From the human T2T-CHM13v2.0 reference genome, Homo sapiens, in the NCBI RefSeq assembly GCF_009914755.1, contig NC_060935.1: a DNA stretch of 64,000 bases; one strand, given 5' to 3'. A program made the translations under genes and the position numbers. Shown one piece after another: positions 14,109 to 27,243 of the stretch. The stretch's first letter is position 1, and each line of letters starts with the position of its first letter. The notes under the pieces are model-generated. The model was not told where the DNA came from, searched no databases, and was given only the letters and a program-made list of their open reading frames with translations.

Positions 14109-14232
14109 TTTGCTTTTTTTGGCCTATTTTGTGGCTCTGTATTTTAGTCCATGTGCTCGTGGCTGTGCCTGTGTAACCTGCCTGGTAGCCATGCGTTATG
14201 TATTAAGTTGGTGTGTCACTGTCACCTTCAAG

Positions 14233-14367
14233 GATCAGACTGCAAAGGATAAGGCCCTGCAGCACATGGCGGCCATGTCCTCAGCCCAGATCGTCTCGGC
14301 CACTGCCATTCATAACAAGCTGGGGCTGCCTGGGATTCCACGCCCGACCTTCCCAGGGGCGCCGGGG
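14233..14367 (+). CDS. TEAD1: TEAD1 coding exon (about D111-G155): DQTAKDKALQHMAAMSSAQIVSATAIHNKLGLPGIPRPTFPGAPG
   Basis: ccttcaag|GATCAG...CCGGGG|gtaagt; 135 nt, phase 0-0. Peptide is visible in ORF 14068..14433 and matches recalled human TEAD1. Confidence 0.97.
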
Positions 14368-14521
14368 GTAAGTCATGAGCTCAGTCCAGTAATGACAGCT
14401 GCTGGGGTTGGGGTTGGCATGTGCCAGTGTTAAGCCTCCCACCTCCATTTCTTGTCATGTGGGTCAGGTATGTGAGAGGGCAAAGGCTACCTTGTCAACT
14501 GATAACTGAGTCTAAAGTGGT

Positions 14522-14641
14522 GAAAGTAAGGAGGGAAGGGAGGCAGAGAGCTAGAGAGAAAGGGAGGGGGAGGAGAAGGAGGAGGAGAGGAAGAAAAGAA
14601 AAAAGGAAAAGGAAGAGGGAGAAAATCAGAAGAGGAAGGAA
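14522..14641. repeat. Polypurine (GA-rich) tract
   Basis: About 120 nt, almost entirely A/G. Confidence 0.85.
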
Positions 14642-15529
14642 TTCTGAGTCCCTGAAGACATGGAATTAAATGTGCCTTTCTGGGTTGGGCTCAGGCGTCT
14701 TCTCTCTTTATCTTTTTCCTGGCCCTTGGTCTCTGTCCCTCTGTCTTCAGGGGCAACTAGCCCCTAAAGGGACAAGGTATTCTATTAACATTTACATTTT
14801 GACACCTACCAAAGGCTGAGAAGCATTATGTTATAATCTCAATCCTCCAGGTAATCTTAAATGCTGCTTATTGTCATTGCCATTTTGCAGATGAAAAAGC
14901 TGAGGTTATTCAGTAGCAAAACAAGAGTTTGGATAGCTGGGATCATAGTGGAATGCATAGTGATGTCAAGAATCAGCCCCAGGGTTGCTTGACTCCTGAG
15001 GCTGCTCTTTCCCTCCTCTATGTCATGCCCCCTTTCCAGCCCACACCAATCGCAGCAGGGAAGCTCGCTGCAGAGAAGCTGCCTGCATTGCCGCTTGGAG
15101 CTCCTGGCCTTGTTCAAGCTTTGTCCTCTGCCTTGCTGGGTCTTCACTGCTGTTGACGCAGAATATTATGCAGGGAATGTTTCAGAATGAAGGGAGGGTA
15201 CATGGATAAATCAGTCAGTTCAAATATTGGTGAGCCCCCTGCAGCACGCGCAGATCTTTGCTTAGGTGTAAGGAAAACAGGAGCTGCTGCCTGCGTCTGC
15301 CCTTGGGGGCATTTTCAGGAAGGAGGCGCTAAGGGGAGCTCTGGGTTGCCAGTCCAAGGATATAGGTTGTGGTCTCGTGCAAGTGGTGACCGCATTTGCA
15401 CTCTGGGAAAGCGATTCTGTTGGGTGATCGAACCTGCTGTCTTTTAGCAGGGGTTGTGATGCGTAGGCATCCTAAACTGTGCTTTGAAGTAAACTCGTAA
15501 TTCTGAGGCCTTTGCATTTTGCCTTCCAG

Positions 15530-15576
15530 TTCTGGCCGGGAATGATTCAAACAGGGCAGCCAGGATCCTCACAAGA
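15530..15576 (+). CDS. TEAD1: TEAD1 coding exon: FWPGMIQTGQPGSSQ(D)
   Basis: ttttgccttccag|TTCTGG...CAAGA|gtaagt; 47 nt, phase 0-2. Confidence 0.96.
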
Positions 15577-16420
15577 GTAAGTCTGAGGAGGGGTGGGCAC
15601 TGACAACTACGGGCTGGTCCCAGCCCACGTGGGGAGAGCTCTTCCTGGACCATAGTGTCTCAGGGCCTGGAGGAGAAAGGAGCATTACACTGAGGTCCCA
15701 GAAGGCATCCCCTTTTTATTGTGTACTTAGGCCCCTGGCAGGAAAGAGACTGGCTTTTCGGATCTGGGAGAGGTGGAAGCACCTCATTCCCACCTTAAGT
15801 ATTAGCAGTCATCCAGCTGGAAGCAAGAAGTGGACCCCTCTTCCTTCATGGTATTGAAGGCTGAGCTGTGGTCCTCCTTGCCTGAGAAAGGGCGGCACAG
15901 GTGATCCTCTAGCCCATTTCATTCTAGCCAGCCCTGTAGTAGGGTGGCTAGTAGACAAATCCTACTGATGCCTTGGGGGCAAGAGAAGAAAGATCAGTAA
16001 ACTGGAAATAAGGGCTATTTCGGGATAAAAGAAAGGAAATCTTGCCTATATGCTGTAAAAAAAAACTTGCATTGTTTGGCCTAGAGAAGGAGAGCCTGAA
16101 GCATGTCCCACACTTTGCCTAGAAGTGGTGACTGCTTGACCTCAGAGGTTCAAAGGCAGATGCCACAGCACAAGGAATTCAGGCTGTCTTTCCAGCACAT
16201 CCCATTGAACTGGAATGAGGCTTGGTGGTTTGATCCCTACCTGGCTGCTGGTCCCTCTCAGTTTATGGAACAACTGCCTCTGCCTGGGGTGTGCTACCAC
16301 CTGCAGGCAGGGACCACAGCGGTGAAGGACCTCCCACTGGGAGGTCATGGTGGGGCCTGGGTAATAGCCCCTGCTGCAGATGCGATCTCTTAACTCTGTC
16401 TGCCATCTCTCTGTTCCCAG

Positions 16421-16482
16421 CGTCAAGCCTTTTGTGCAGCAGGCCTACCCCATCCAGCCAGCGGTCACAGCCCCCATTCCAG
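16421..16482 (+). CDS. TEAD1: TEAD1 coding exon: (D)VKPFVQQAYPIQPAVTAPIP(G)
   Basis: ctctctgttcccag|CGTCAAG...TTCCAG|gtgagt; 62 nt, phase 2-1. Confidence 0.96.
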
Positions 16483-17494
16483 GTGAGTGTCCCTGAAACT
16501 CCTTTTTGGGAGCACAGCCCCACACAGCTGACAGCTGGGTCTGGCACTTTGTTCCCAGAGTCAAGAGATGCTCAACTTTGCCACAGCCGCACATTGCCCC
16601 TGACTTGCAGGATCCTTGGGTAGCCTGTAGCTCAGGAGGGCCACAGGGTCCCGATTCCCATCAGTCATCTCCCAAGAGCTTTTCAGATGGTTTGTTTAAG
16701 AAACAGGAAGCCTCCTCACTTTCACTGAAGACGCTGGATTATCCTCAGAAGGCGAAGTTGCTGCAGCATCTTCCTCAATATAAACTGGCCAAATTAGGCA
16801 GTCTAAGTCTCAAGGCCAGATAGGGTTTCATTCACCCTTTCTTAGATAAGTAGATTTCGGTCCTGCTACCTTTCTTTAAAGGAGAGAGTACATGGAAGCT
16901 CAAAGTGGAAAACATGAATCTGTCTAGCCTACCTGTCTCCTTCCCCACAAGGCGCACCCCCCATCCCCACCTGTGTGTGTAGAATTACTCCTTTGCACTA
17001 CTTGAGGTGTACAGTATAAAAGTCACTGCTCTCCCTTATGGATTCCCCAAACTGAAAATGCTTTCACGTATTGCCCTGTGCCCGAGTGCTATGGAGCATT
17101 CAGAGAGAATATTCTATAGTGCTAGTGACCACAGTCTTAAGGAAGATGGGCAAACACAAGAAGTGCATGGCATGTTCGGGTCTCACAGGAAGTCTTTGGA
17201 AGCATTCACTTCTCACTGTCCTGTCATTCTTGGCTTGGTCCCCAAGTAGACCCCTTGGTGCAGGATTAGATGTCCTCATACTGCAGCCCTTAACCTTAGC
17301 TGAAGTTGGCTTAATGAGGAACACATGCTTTGTGCTTATTTGACTGTTTACCATCACTGGGGCCCTCTGCCAGCATCTGTCGTCTGAGTTATCCTGGCCA
17401 GAGCCGGTGGAGAGGGGGCTGTTGGCATTTCCTTCTGGGTCATCTGTAGAGCCCTGTTCCAGTATTTGCCTGAGGCCCAAGGGGAGGTGAGTGA

Positions 17495-17752
<258 letters not shown>

Positions 17753-17949
17753 TGACAAATATCCTGTGTGAAAACGGGCCTAGGAAAGAATAGCCTTTTG
17801 ATTAAGTAAAAAGGGATTCCTATTGGCAGATTTGTAGAAAACAGCAGAGCAGGAGGTGTATTACTGTCCTGGACCCCAAGGTGCTGTGGGGAATACTTGA
17901 GTCAGAGAGAGGGACGTTTACAAGCTCTTATGTTTTGTAAAATTTAACA

Positions 17950-18190
17950 AGAAGTAACATTTATTGAGCCTTGCCATATGCCTGGTCCCATGCAGAGTTA
18001 TTTAGATATATGATCACAATTCATCCTCATAAAAACCCTAGGAAGCTAGGTACTAACTGACAAATGAGGAAACAGAGAGCGTAAGTAACTTTCCCAGAGT
18101 CACACAGTTAATCTCTGATGGATTAGAGATTCAAGCTCGGGTCCTGAAAACTCTAAAGCCTAATCATTTAGCTGTTATTCCATACTCTCT
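17950..18190. mobile_element. MIR fragment
   Basis: catttattgagc...aattcatcctcataaaaacccta...aaatgaggaaacagag...aagtaactttcccagagtcacacag matches the MIR core. Confidence 0.7.
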
Positions 18191-18256
18191 TTCCAACTCT
18201 GTTTTCTCAAGATAGCAAGTTGTTCTCTTCTTAAGAACAACTTCTTAAGAAGAAGT

Positions 18257-18532
18257 GGCCAGGCATGGTGGCTCACGCCTGTAATCCCAGCACTTTGGGA
18301 GGCCGAGGCGGGCGGATCACGAGGTCAGGAGATCAAGACCATCTTGGCCAACATGGTGAAACCCCGTCTCTACTAAAAATACATGGCCACGCACATGTAG
18401 TCCCAGCTACTCAGGAGGCTGAGGCAGGATAATTGGTTGAACCCAGGAGGCGGAGGTTGCGGTGAGCCAAGATCGCGCCACTGCACTCCAGCCTGGCGAC
18501 AGAGCGAGACTCCATCTCAAAAAAAAAAAAAA
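18257..18532 (+). mobile_element. AluS (Sc-like) with a short deletion at the linker/right-arm start
   Basis: aaaaatac is followed directly by atggccacgc; TSD-like gaagaagt. Confidence 0.92.
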
Positions 18533-19741
18533 TGAAGAAGTAACAAAATGGCACTTTAGCAGTTTGCCATAGAGTGCAGTGCATTATAATATCATAAATA
18601 CCAGTAACATTGGCATCTGGACTCTATTTGTCACTTTCTTCTTTCCTACCTCCCCCACCCCCATCTTGTACCCATCGTCCCATTGTTTCTCAGCCAGGCA
18701 TTTCCCATACATATGTGATCCTCCCTTCTTTCCCACCCAACAAGCCCCGTACCCTTTCTTCACACCCACTCCTTGGCTGTGAGTATGAGCGTTGCATCTG
18801 TGTGTGGGTGAGCCCAAGGCAAAAACTGAAGGAATCCTTAGTTTGTCTCTGAGATCCTCACCAACTCTCACCACGTTCTCTATCTCACCCCATCCTTCCC
18901 ATCTCATAAGTCCCATGCTGTCTGTGTGTTGCCTGCCTTAATGTCATTTCTATTATCGGGAGACAGTGTCAAGAATGAGCTAAGAGCCTGTGGTAGATAA
19001 CCGAGATGCTGAACAATTGGAGGTGACCTCTCACGGGAGTGTTTGCACTTCAGCTTGAGGGAAGGCCTCCCGTGGGGCAGAGGGGCTTGACCAGTCATCA
19101 CCAGAGTGGAGAACCCACATGTGGCCCACTCATGTCTTTGTCCACAAATCATGAACTTTGGGAGCTGGTGGAAAAATAGAGCTGCTTCCAAATTAGGGGG
19201 AAAAATGAGGGAAGGAATGTAAATTGGGCCCATCAGGACAGGTACAAGAAAATGGGGCTATTCAGACCAGGAAAGAGAAGAAAAGGCCAACTGGATGACT
19301 CCTTCCAAGCAGCTGAGTGGCTAACAGGAAGAGTGATGGTGAGGGTTAAATCCGTCTAGGTGGAAGGCATTAAGACAAACTGAAAGATGCCCTGCGTGAC
19401 TCTGTCCTGCTGGTTCTTTCTGGGAAGCATACATAGTTCTTTGGTTGAAGGCTGGGCTTTGGCCCAGATGCTGCTTCTGCCTCTTGTAACTGGTGTTTCC
19501 ATGACACTTTGTTGTTTACAGAGTACTTTGTGGTTGAGTATTTCATTCTGTCCTTACAGTGCCCCATCAGATAGGTTCTGTTTTCCCCATGATAGGTTCT
19601 GTTTTCCCCATTTTACAGATAAAGAAACTGAGGCCCAGACATACTAAATGACTTAAGATTAAACAGAAGGAAACAGGAGCCCAAATCTTGTATTTCATTG
19701 TATCCTTTTCACTATCGTAAAAGATCACCTCCCAGTTTTGA

Positions 19742-20059
<318 letters not shown>

Positions 20060-20499
20060 TTGAATTGTCTTTTCAGTCTGAATATCTCCTGTGTAAGCAA
20101 ATTTCTGTTTGCATATGACTGTTTTTTAGGAAACAGCTCCAAGACACTGGGAGGCAAAAGTCCCCACATGATTTTTGCTTCCCTGGTTAAAATACTATGG
20201 AATCATTTATAAAAATTCTCTTTTTTTAAAAGAAATTAAAATAATGTGGTAGCTCCCTCATTGTTAACTGTGCTCTCCAGTTATGGACCTCTTAGGGCCC
20301 AGAAGGCTCGATTGCCTCTTTTTGTTGTTAGTATTTGTTGGGCTAAACATTTTGAATCATTCAGACCATTCTGCAAACATTCGTGTGCACCTGCATGTGC
20401 AAGAAGCTGTACAGGAGAGGGGCTCATCGCTGCCCAGACGGCCACAGCCTCCGCCCCTGGGGAGTATAATGCCTAGCAGGGGAGACAGACACGAAACAG

Positions 20500-21160
20500 A
20501 TGATTATCTGAGAGATCATTGCAAAGTGCTGTGACTTCTAGGAAGGAAGAATACTGAACGCTGTGAGTAACAGGAAACAGGGCAAGCTTCCTTGAGGAAG
20601 TAGCCCTTAAGCCGAAAGATGGAGGATTGGACAGGGAGAGAATAAGGGAGCAGAATATTCCAGAGGTGATGAAGCTGAAGTGTATGTGGCAGTATATTAA
20701 ATCAGTGACTATTTTTGGAAAGTCAAGGCCCACTAAGTTGCTAGAGTAGAGGCCAGAGATAAGTGTTTCAGGTACGTTCAGGATACATATGATAATCTGA
20801 ATGGGTAAACTGGATCTGGCCTGCTGTTGTTGAATAAAAAAGCTTGACTTACATAGACTCCACCACATGACTTAAAAGGCCCTGGAATGAAAGGAAGGCC
20901 TGGTGTAACATCCTTGGGACCTTTGAGAAAGATAGTTATATTTTAGGGGATATGAATTGGGGATTGGGAGAAATTAGAATTTATTTAACAAGTATTTTTT
21001 GAGCACCTACTACACGCCAGCCACTGTTTCAGGTGTTAGAAATTCAGCAGTGAACAAAACAAAGTTCTTTTTCTCATGGAGCCCACACTTGGGTGGAGAA
21101 CACAAGAACTACCCAAGCACATAAATACCCAGTATGTCAGGGGATGCTAACTGCTTATGT
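20500..21160. mobile_element. L2 fragments
   Basis: atttatttaacaagtattttttgagcacctactacacgccag...gcagtgaacaaaac resembles the L2 3' end. Confidence 0.55.
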
Positions 21161-21187
21161 GGAATAATGGTCCTTTGTCACAACTGA

Positions 21188-21319
21188 TTTTTTTTTTTTT
21201 TTGAGATGGGGTCTTACTGTGTTGCCCAGGCTGGCCTCAAACTCCTGGGCTGAAGTGATCCTCATGTCTCAGGCTCCTGAGTAGCTGGGACTACAGTTAT
21301 GCACTGCCATGCCCCAACC
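21188..21319 (-). mobile_element. FLAM / Alu monomer
   Basis: Single monomer with poly-T. Confidence 0.85.
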
Positions 21320-21574
21320 TTCTTCACAATTGAAAGTTACTTGCTTTTTGGATTTAAAGTATATAATTTCAGAAAATAATAATACCCCCTAATAGATACG
21401 TTGATGTTTCTGGCTTGTATTATGATACTAAGTGATGTGCATTAGACATTACCAGCCAGAGCTCTGTCACTGCTGTGAAATTATTTTGCCTAACCTCAGT
21501 CACTATTGTTGGTGTCGCTTCTGATATTCCTATGTTACAAACACTCATTCTTCAGTTGAACACAAATGATTTAA

Positions 21575-21916
<342 letters not shown>

Positions 21917-22748
21917 GCAGATTGTTAATAGGATCTATATTTGATTTTAGTGGACATGTGAGGGCCTGAAGGTTGGTTCTTGTGCTAGAGGGAAAAAGTG
22001 GTGGCTGACCAGTTGAAGTGATGGAGAATTAATAAAATTATTTAAAGCATTTGACAGTATCTTAAGTACCAGCCTCTCAAGTTATATACTGTGTGCTTTA
22101 TTGGACAAACACAACGTGCTATTACAATCAAGGTATAATGGTACTTCAGGGCTAAGGTTACACTGAAAAATTTGTATCATGTAGATAGTTTCTTTGGCTC
22201 TTAGAGTTTTTGTGACTTCTCAGACTTTAATTTTGCTATAGTTTTGTTCCGACAACAGAAACATTAAGGCCATCTAAGATAAACTCAGCTGATACATTTT
22301 AACAAATTTGGGCATACAGTACTTAAAATATAACATCCAGCATTAACCACATTAATTTGATAAGCGAACAAAGTGACCAATAATTAAAGGGCCCTAAGTA
22401 AGTTAAACTTTGCATTTGAATTCTCTAGATGTTTGTTACAGACAGACATGTACATATGTTTCCCCCTACTTCTTTGTAACGGCTTAGGCTCATTAGACCC
22501 AAGGGGTTATAAAATATTTTTAGTAGAGAAGAGAACTTATAGGTAGTGCTGGCAAAAAAAGAAATTATGTAGCCAGGTTCCATGCTATTTGTCATTAGTG
22601 ACTTCTTTCATCTTTATTGAGCTCTGTGAGGTAGGTTATTCTATTCCCTTCTACAGAAGAGGCTTGGAGAGATGCTGCCTTACAGTAGCCAGCTTTGCAC
22701 CCCAGCCTGCCTGTAGCATCTCTTAAGACAAGATAAGACATGATTGCT

Positions 22749-23038
22749 GGCTGGGTGTGATGGCTCACGCCTGTAATCCCAGCACTTTGGGAGGCCAAGG
22801 CGGGTGGGTCACTTGAGGCCAGAAGTTTAAGACCAGCCTGGCCAACATGGTGAAACCCTATCTCTACTAAAAATACAAAAATTAGCTGGGCATGGTGGAG
22901 GGTACCTATAATCTCAGCTACTCGGGAGACTGAGGCAGGAGAATCGCTTGAACCCAAAAGGCGGAGGTGGCGGTGAGCTGAGATCACGCCACTGCACTCC
23001 AGCCTGGGTGACAAGAGTGAAACTCCATCTGAAAAAAA
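22749..23038 (+). mobile_element. AluS
   Basis: Full dimer; TSD aagacatgRttgc. Confidence 0.93.
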
Positions 23039-24234
23039 GACATGGTTGCATACTTTGGTACCACCAAAGCCAAGAGAAGAACCTTAGTTTATCTCCTCCT
23101 TAGTCTGAAGTGGCCTTAGAACCAGCATTTTCTGAAATTTACTCGTTGGCTCACCACATATGTCACCCTTGCCAACATTGAAGACTTCCTCACAACCCCA
23201 CCACTCCTAGCAATAGTGATGGCCAACATTTACTAAATATTTTCTGTATGCCAACACTATGCATTATCTTATGTAATCCTTATGAAGTAGCTTGCCCAGT
23301 GTTAGACAGCCAGCTGACATGGGAAGTAGGATTCAGATCCAGGTCTGTTGACTCCACATCCTGAGATAGTGACCAAAAGGCTATACGGTCCATTTGTAGC
23401 TGATGAGTAGTCTGTTTTTGTAGCCCAGGGCCGTAAGGAGCTAATGGGAGAATAATTAGGGGGATGATCGCCCCCTGCTGGCTCTGTGTCATGTGTAAAC
23501 CAGACGGCAGCTTCCCCAAGTTGGTGGTGGTTTATGTTGGAGGAGAACCAGCGAGTCAGTCCCTCTGTTACCTTTGGCTCTACTGGAAGCTAAGAGAAAA
23601 ACAGCAGAGGGTGAAGAAAGGAAGGAAGAGTGTAAAAAACAAAGACTATTTTAGTTGGAAATATACTTTCTACATGATTTCAGTGTTGCATATCAAAGGA
23701 TCTCAAGTGTTAAGTGTGATATCCTCCACCCAGGGTGGGCTATTTAAAAGGGGCCTCCCTGAAATCAGGGTCCAGTTTCTGGAGGCCAAGTTAGGCAGAT
23801 GAAAACCCGGCCTGGCTGAGCTGTCAGCTGAATCCTGAAAGTACACAGGGAGTGGTTTTCCTGATAAAGCCTGGAGTGATGCCTCCACCTCAATTCTGGG
23901 GCACGGCGGGTTCCTCCAGCCCCCCACAGGGCAGCAGCTGGCAAACCCCTGCCTGCTCAGACTGCCCGGTCACCAGGCTGTGTGTCTCATGCCTGTTGTG
24001 GTCTGGATGCCATAGTGAGCAGGAGCCAGGAAGAAAGCACAGAAAGGATTTACTCAGGCGGGAGTTACACAACCAGAGGAGGGAAGAGTTGGGGGTGGAG
24101 AAAGAGGCAAAGAGATTGTTCTCTTTAGATTTTGAGGAAGCACTCACTGCCTTGCAGAAGAGAAGTTCCATGATACAGTAGAGGAACAAACCCGATCAGG
24201 GAAGGCACACGTTTGCTCAACATATGAAACTCAT

Positions 24235-24591
<357 letters not shown>

Positions 24592-25265
24592 TGAGCTCTG
24601 TATTAGTATGCTGAGCATTATGTCCAGTCTGTACATAAAGGAACCGTGGCTCAGAAACGTTAAATAAAGTTATCAAGCTCTACCTCCAAAAACGGTGACT
24701 GTGCCAAAGTTTACCACCACTCTGTATTCTTAACCATGTCACTGTACTTTTGAAGAAATAAAGACAAAGTTCAAAAGTTAAAAACAGCTGCCTGCAAAGT
24801 AGGAGCTCCCCAAGCAAGGCCAGACCTCTGAGGGCCTTCCACATTGGGTAGATGGTTACTCTGGGTTTCCTCTGAGTTCCTATTCCAACCCATGGAAAAT
24901 TGTCTTCCACAAAATCAGTCTCTGGTGCCAAAAAGGGGACCGCTGCTTTAGAGCCTATCTTTCATCATGCTCTAGTGGCAGCAAAGAGGTGACTGATACT
25001 AGAATTCTTAGCAGCTGTTTGAGATTTGGGGCAGATTACCGCAGCTCAGCCTCAGTTTCCAGTCTGTCTTAAGTGGACATAACAGGATCGCTGCCATGCT
25101 TACTGTGATGATTACATTTAGTAATATCCCTGAACATACTGAGCACTCCACAAATGCTTCTGAACCTGAATGTCTTACAGTAATGTGAAAGGAAATTGAG
25201 CCAGAGCTCTGGACAGGGATCAAGCTTGCGAGAATGTGCTCACTAAGTGCTTTGGACTCTACTGA

Positions 25266-25607
<342 letters not shown>

Positions 25608-26878
25608 TAAACTTTTCATAAAGGTAGTAAATTAATGTGGTCAAAAAATCTCCAAGCATAAGAGAATGGAAGGGAGATGTCCCTTCCTTCTCATTCCTAT
25701 CCTACCCTTAAGTAGGTAGCCACTGCTACTATTCTCTTATGAGGCTTTGTAGTGATTTTAGTGCATATACAATCTAATATGAATATGTATTCTCCCACCC
25801 CACCCTGCTTTTTAAAGAGAGGATGTGATCTAATTTGTGCTTCAGGAACACGATGGCTGCATCAGGTGAGAGCAGGGGCTGGAGGAAACTATACTGTTGG
25901 CCAGCTGGTGGCTGATGAGGACCAAACCAGGGCAGGGGCCATGGCTGAGGAAATGGCAGAGGGGAGAGATGTTATGGAGATAAAATTAAAAAGCCTTGTG
26001 GATTAATGAGCTGTGAGAAGAGGAGGATAAATGGTAATGACTGGGTGTTGGAGACCAAGGATGCTGATAAGATTTGAAGAGTCCTGGAACAGAGGAGGAA
26101 GCAGGATTGCTAAGAACTGACTTGATGATAATGCTTTTGCCTTTCATTCTCAAAATAAGCTTGTTGAAATACCTATTAGAGACAGGAAAGCTCAGAGAGT
26201 TTAAGTAACTTCATCTGGGACCTGGCTAATAGATGGCAGGGTTGACTATTTGAACTTTGTCTGAATTTCACAGTGTATGAGAAAATGACACTTACCCCAC
26301 TATCTGGGAAAATGGGAAGGGCAGGGATTGTTCTCCATTCACAGATGGACATTTGATTTGGGCTCCAGGACAGGAGAGAGTTCCTGAAGGGTCACCTGGG
26401 CTTGGTGATGGCAGCCCCTCAGCCAGAAGGAAGGGAGTTTTGCTGCCTGGTGTTCTGGCCCTTATCTTTATTCCAAGGGGCTGGACCTCCTGGACGTGGA
26501 TGTGGGAGTTAGCAGTCTTCATAGTCAGAGGGAGCCCAAGGTCTCCCCTCTGGGGGACTGGCAGGCCTGTGGTTGAGCCCGCATGGAAGGTCTGTAAATA
26601 TATCCTGCAGATAACATGATTCTTTCTCGTAAAGGCAGTTGGTCAAACGTGGGCCCAAGGATGATTTAATTTCACATTTTTATACTTCTTTCAATGGCCT
26701 AAATTTACAGATCAACTAAAATTCCGTTGTCAGAACACAGATCCTTTCTTGGTTTGGAAAATGTGACCAGGACAGCTCTAAGGAAATATGACATTAATGA
26801 GGCCTGTGGAAGAAAGAAGAGGGGGATGGCTGTGCATGGGGGATTAGGTTGGAGACACAAGATAAAAAGCAAGGTTTC

Positions 26879-27243
<365 letters not shown>

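Noticed and set aside
14221-14232. Possible U12-type acceptor (ccttcaag with a weak pyrimidine tract)
   Set aside because: There is no TCCTTAAC branch motif, and the upstream donor is U2-type GTAAGT.
16475-16481. MCAT motif CATTCCA inside a TEAD1 coding exon
   Set aside because: Explained by the Pro-Ile-Pro codons; a 6-7-mer is expected by chance.
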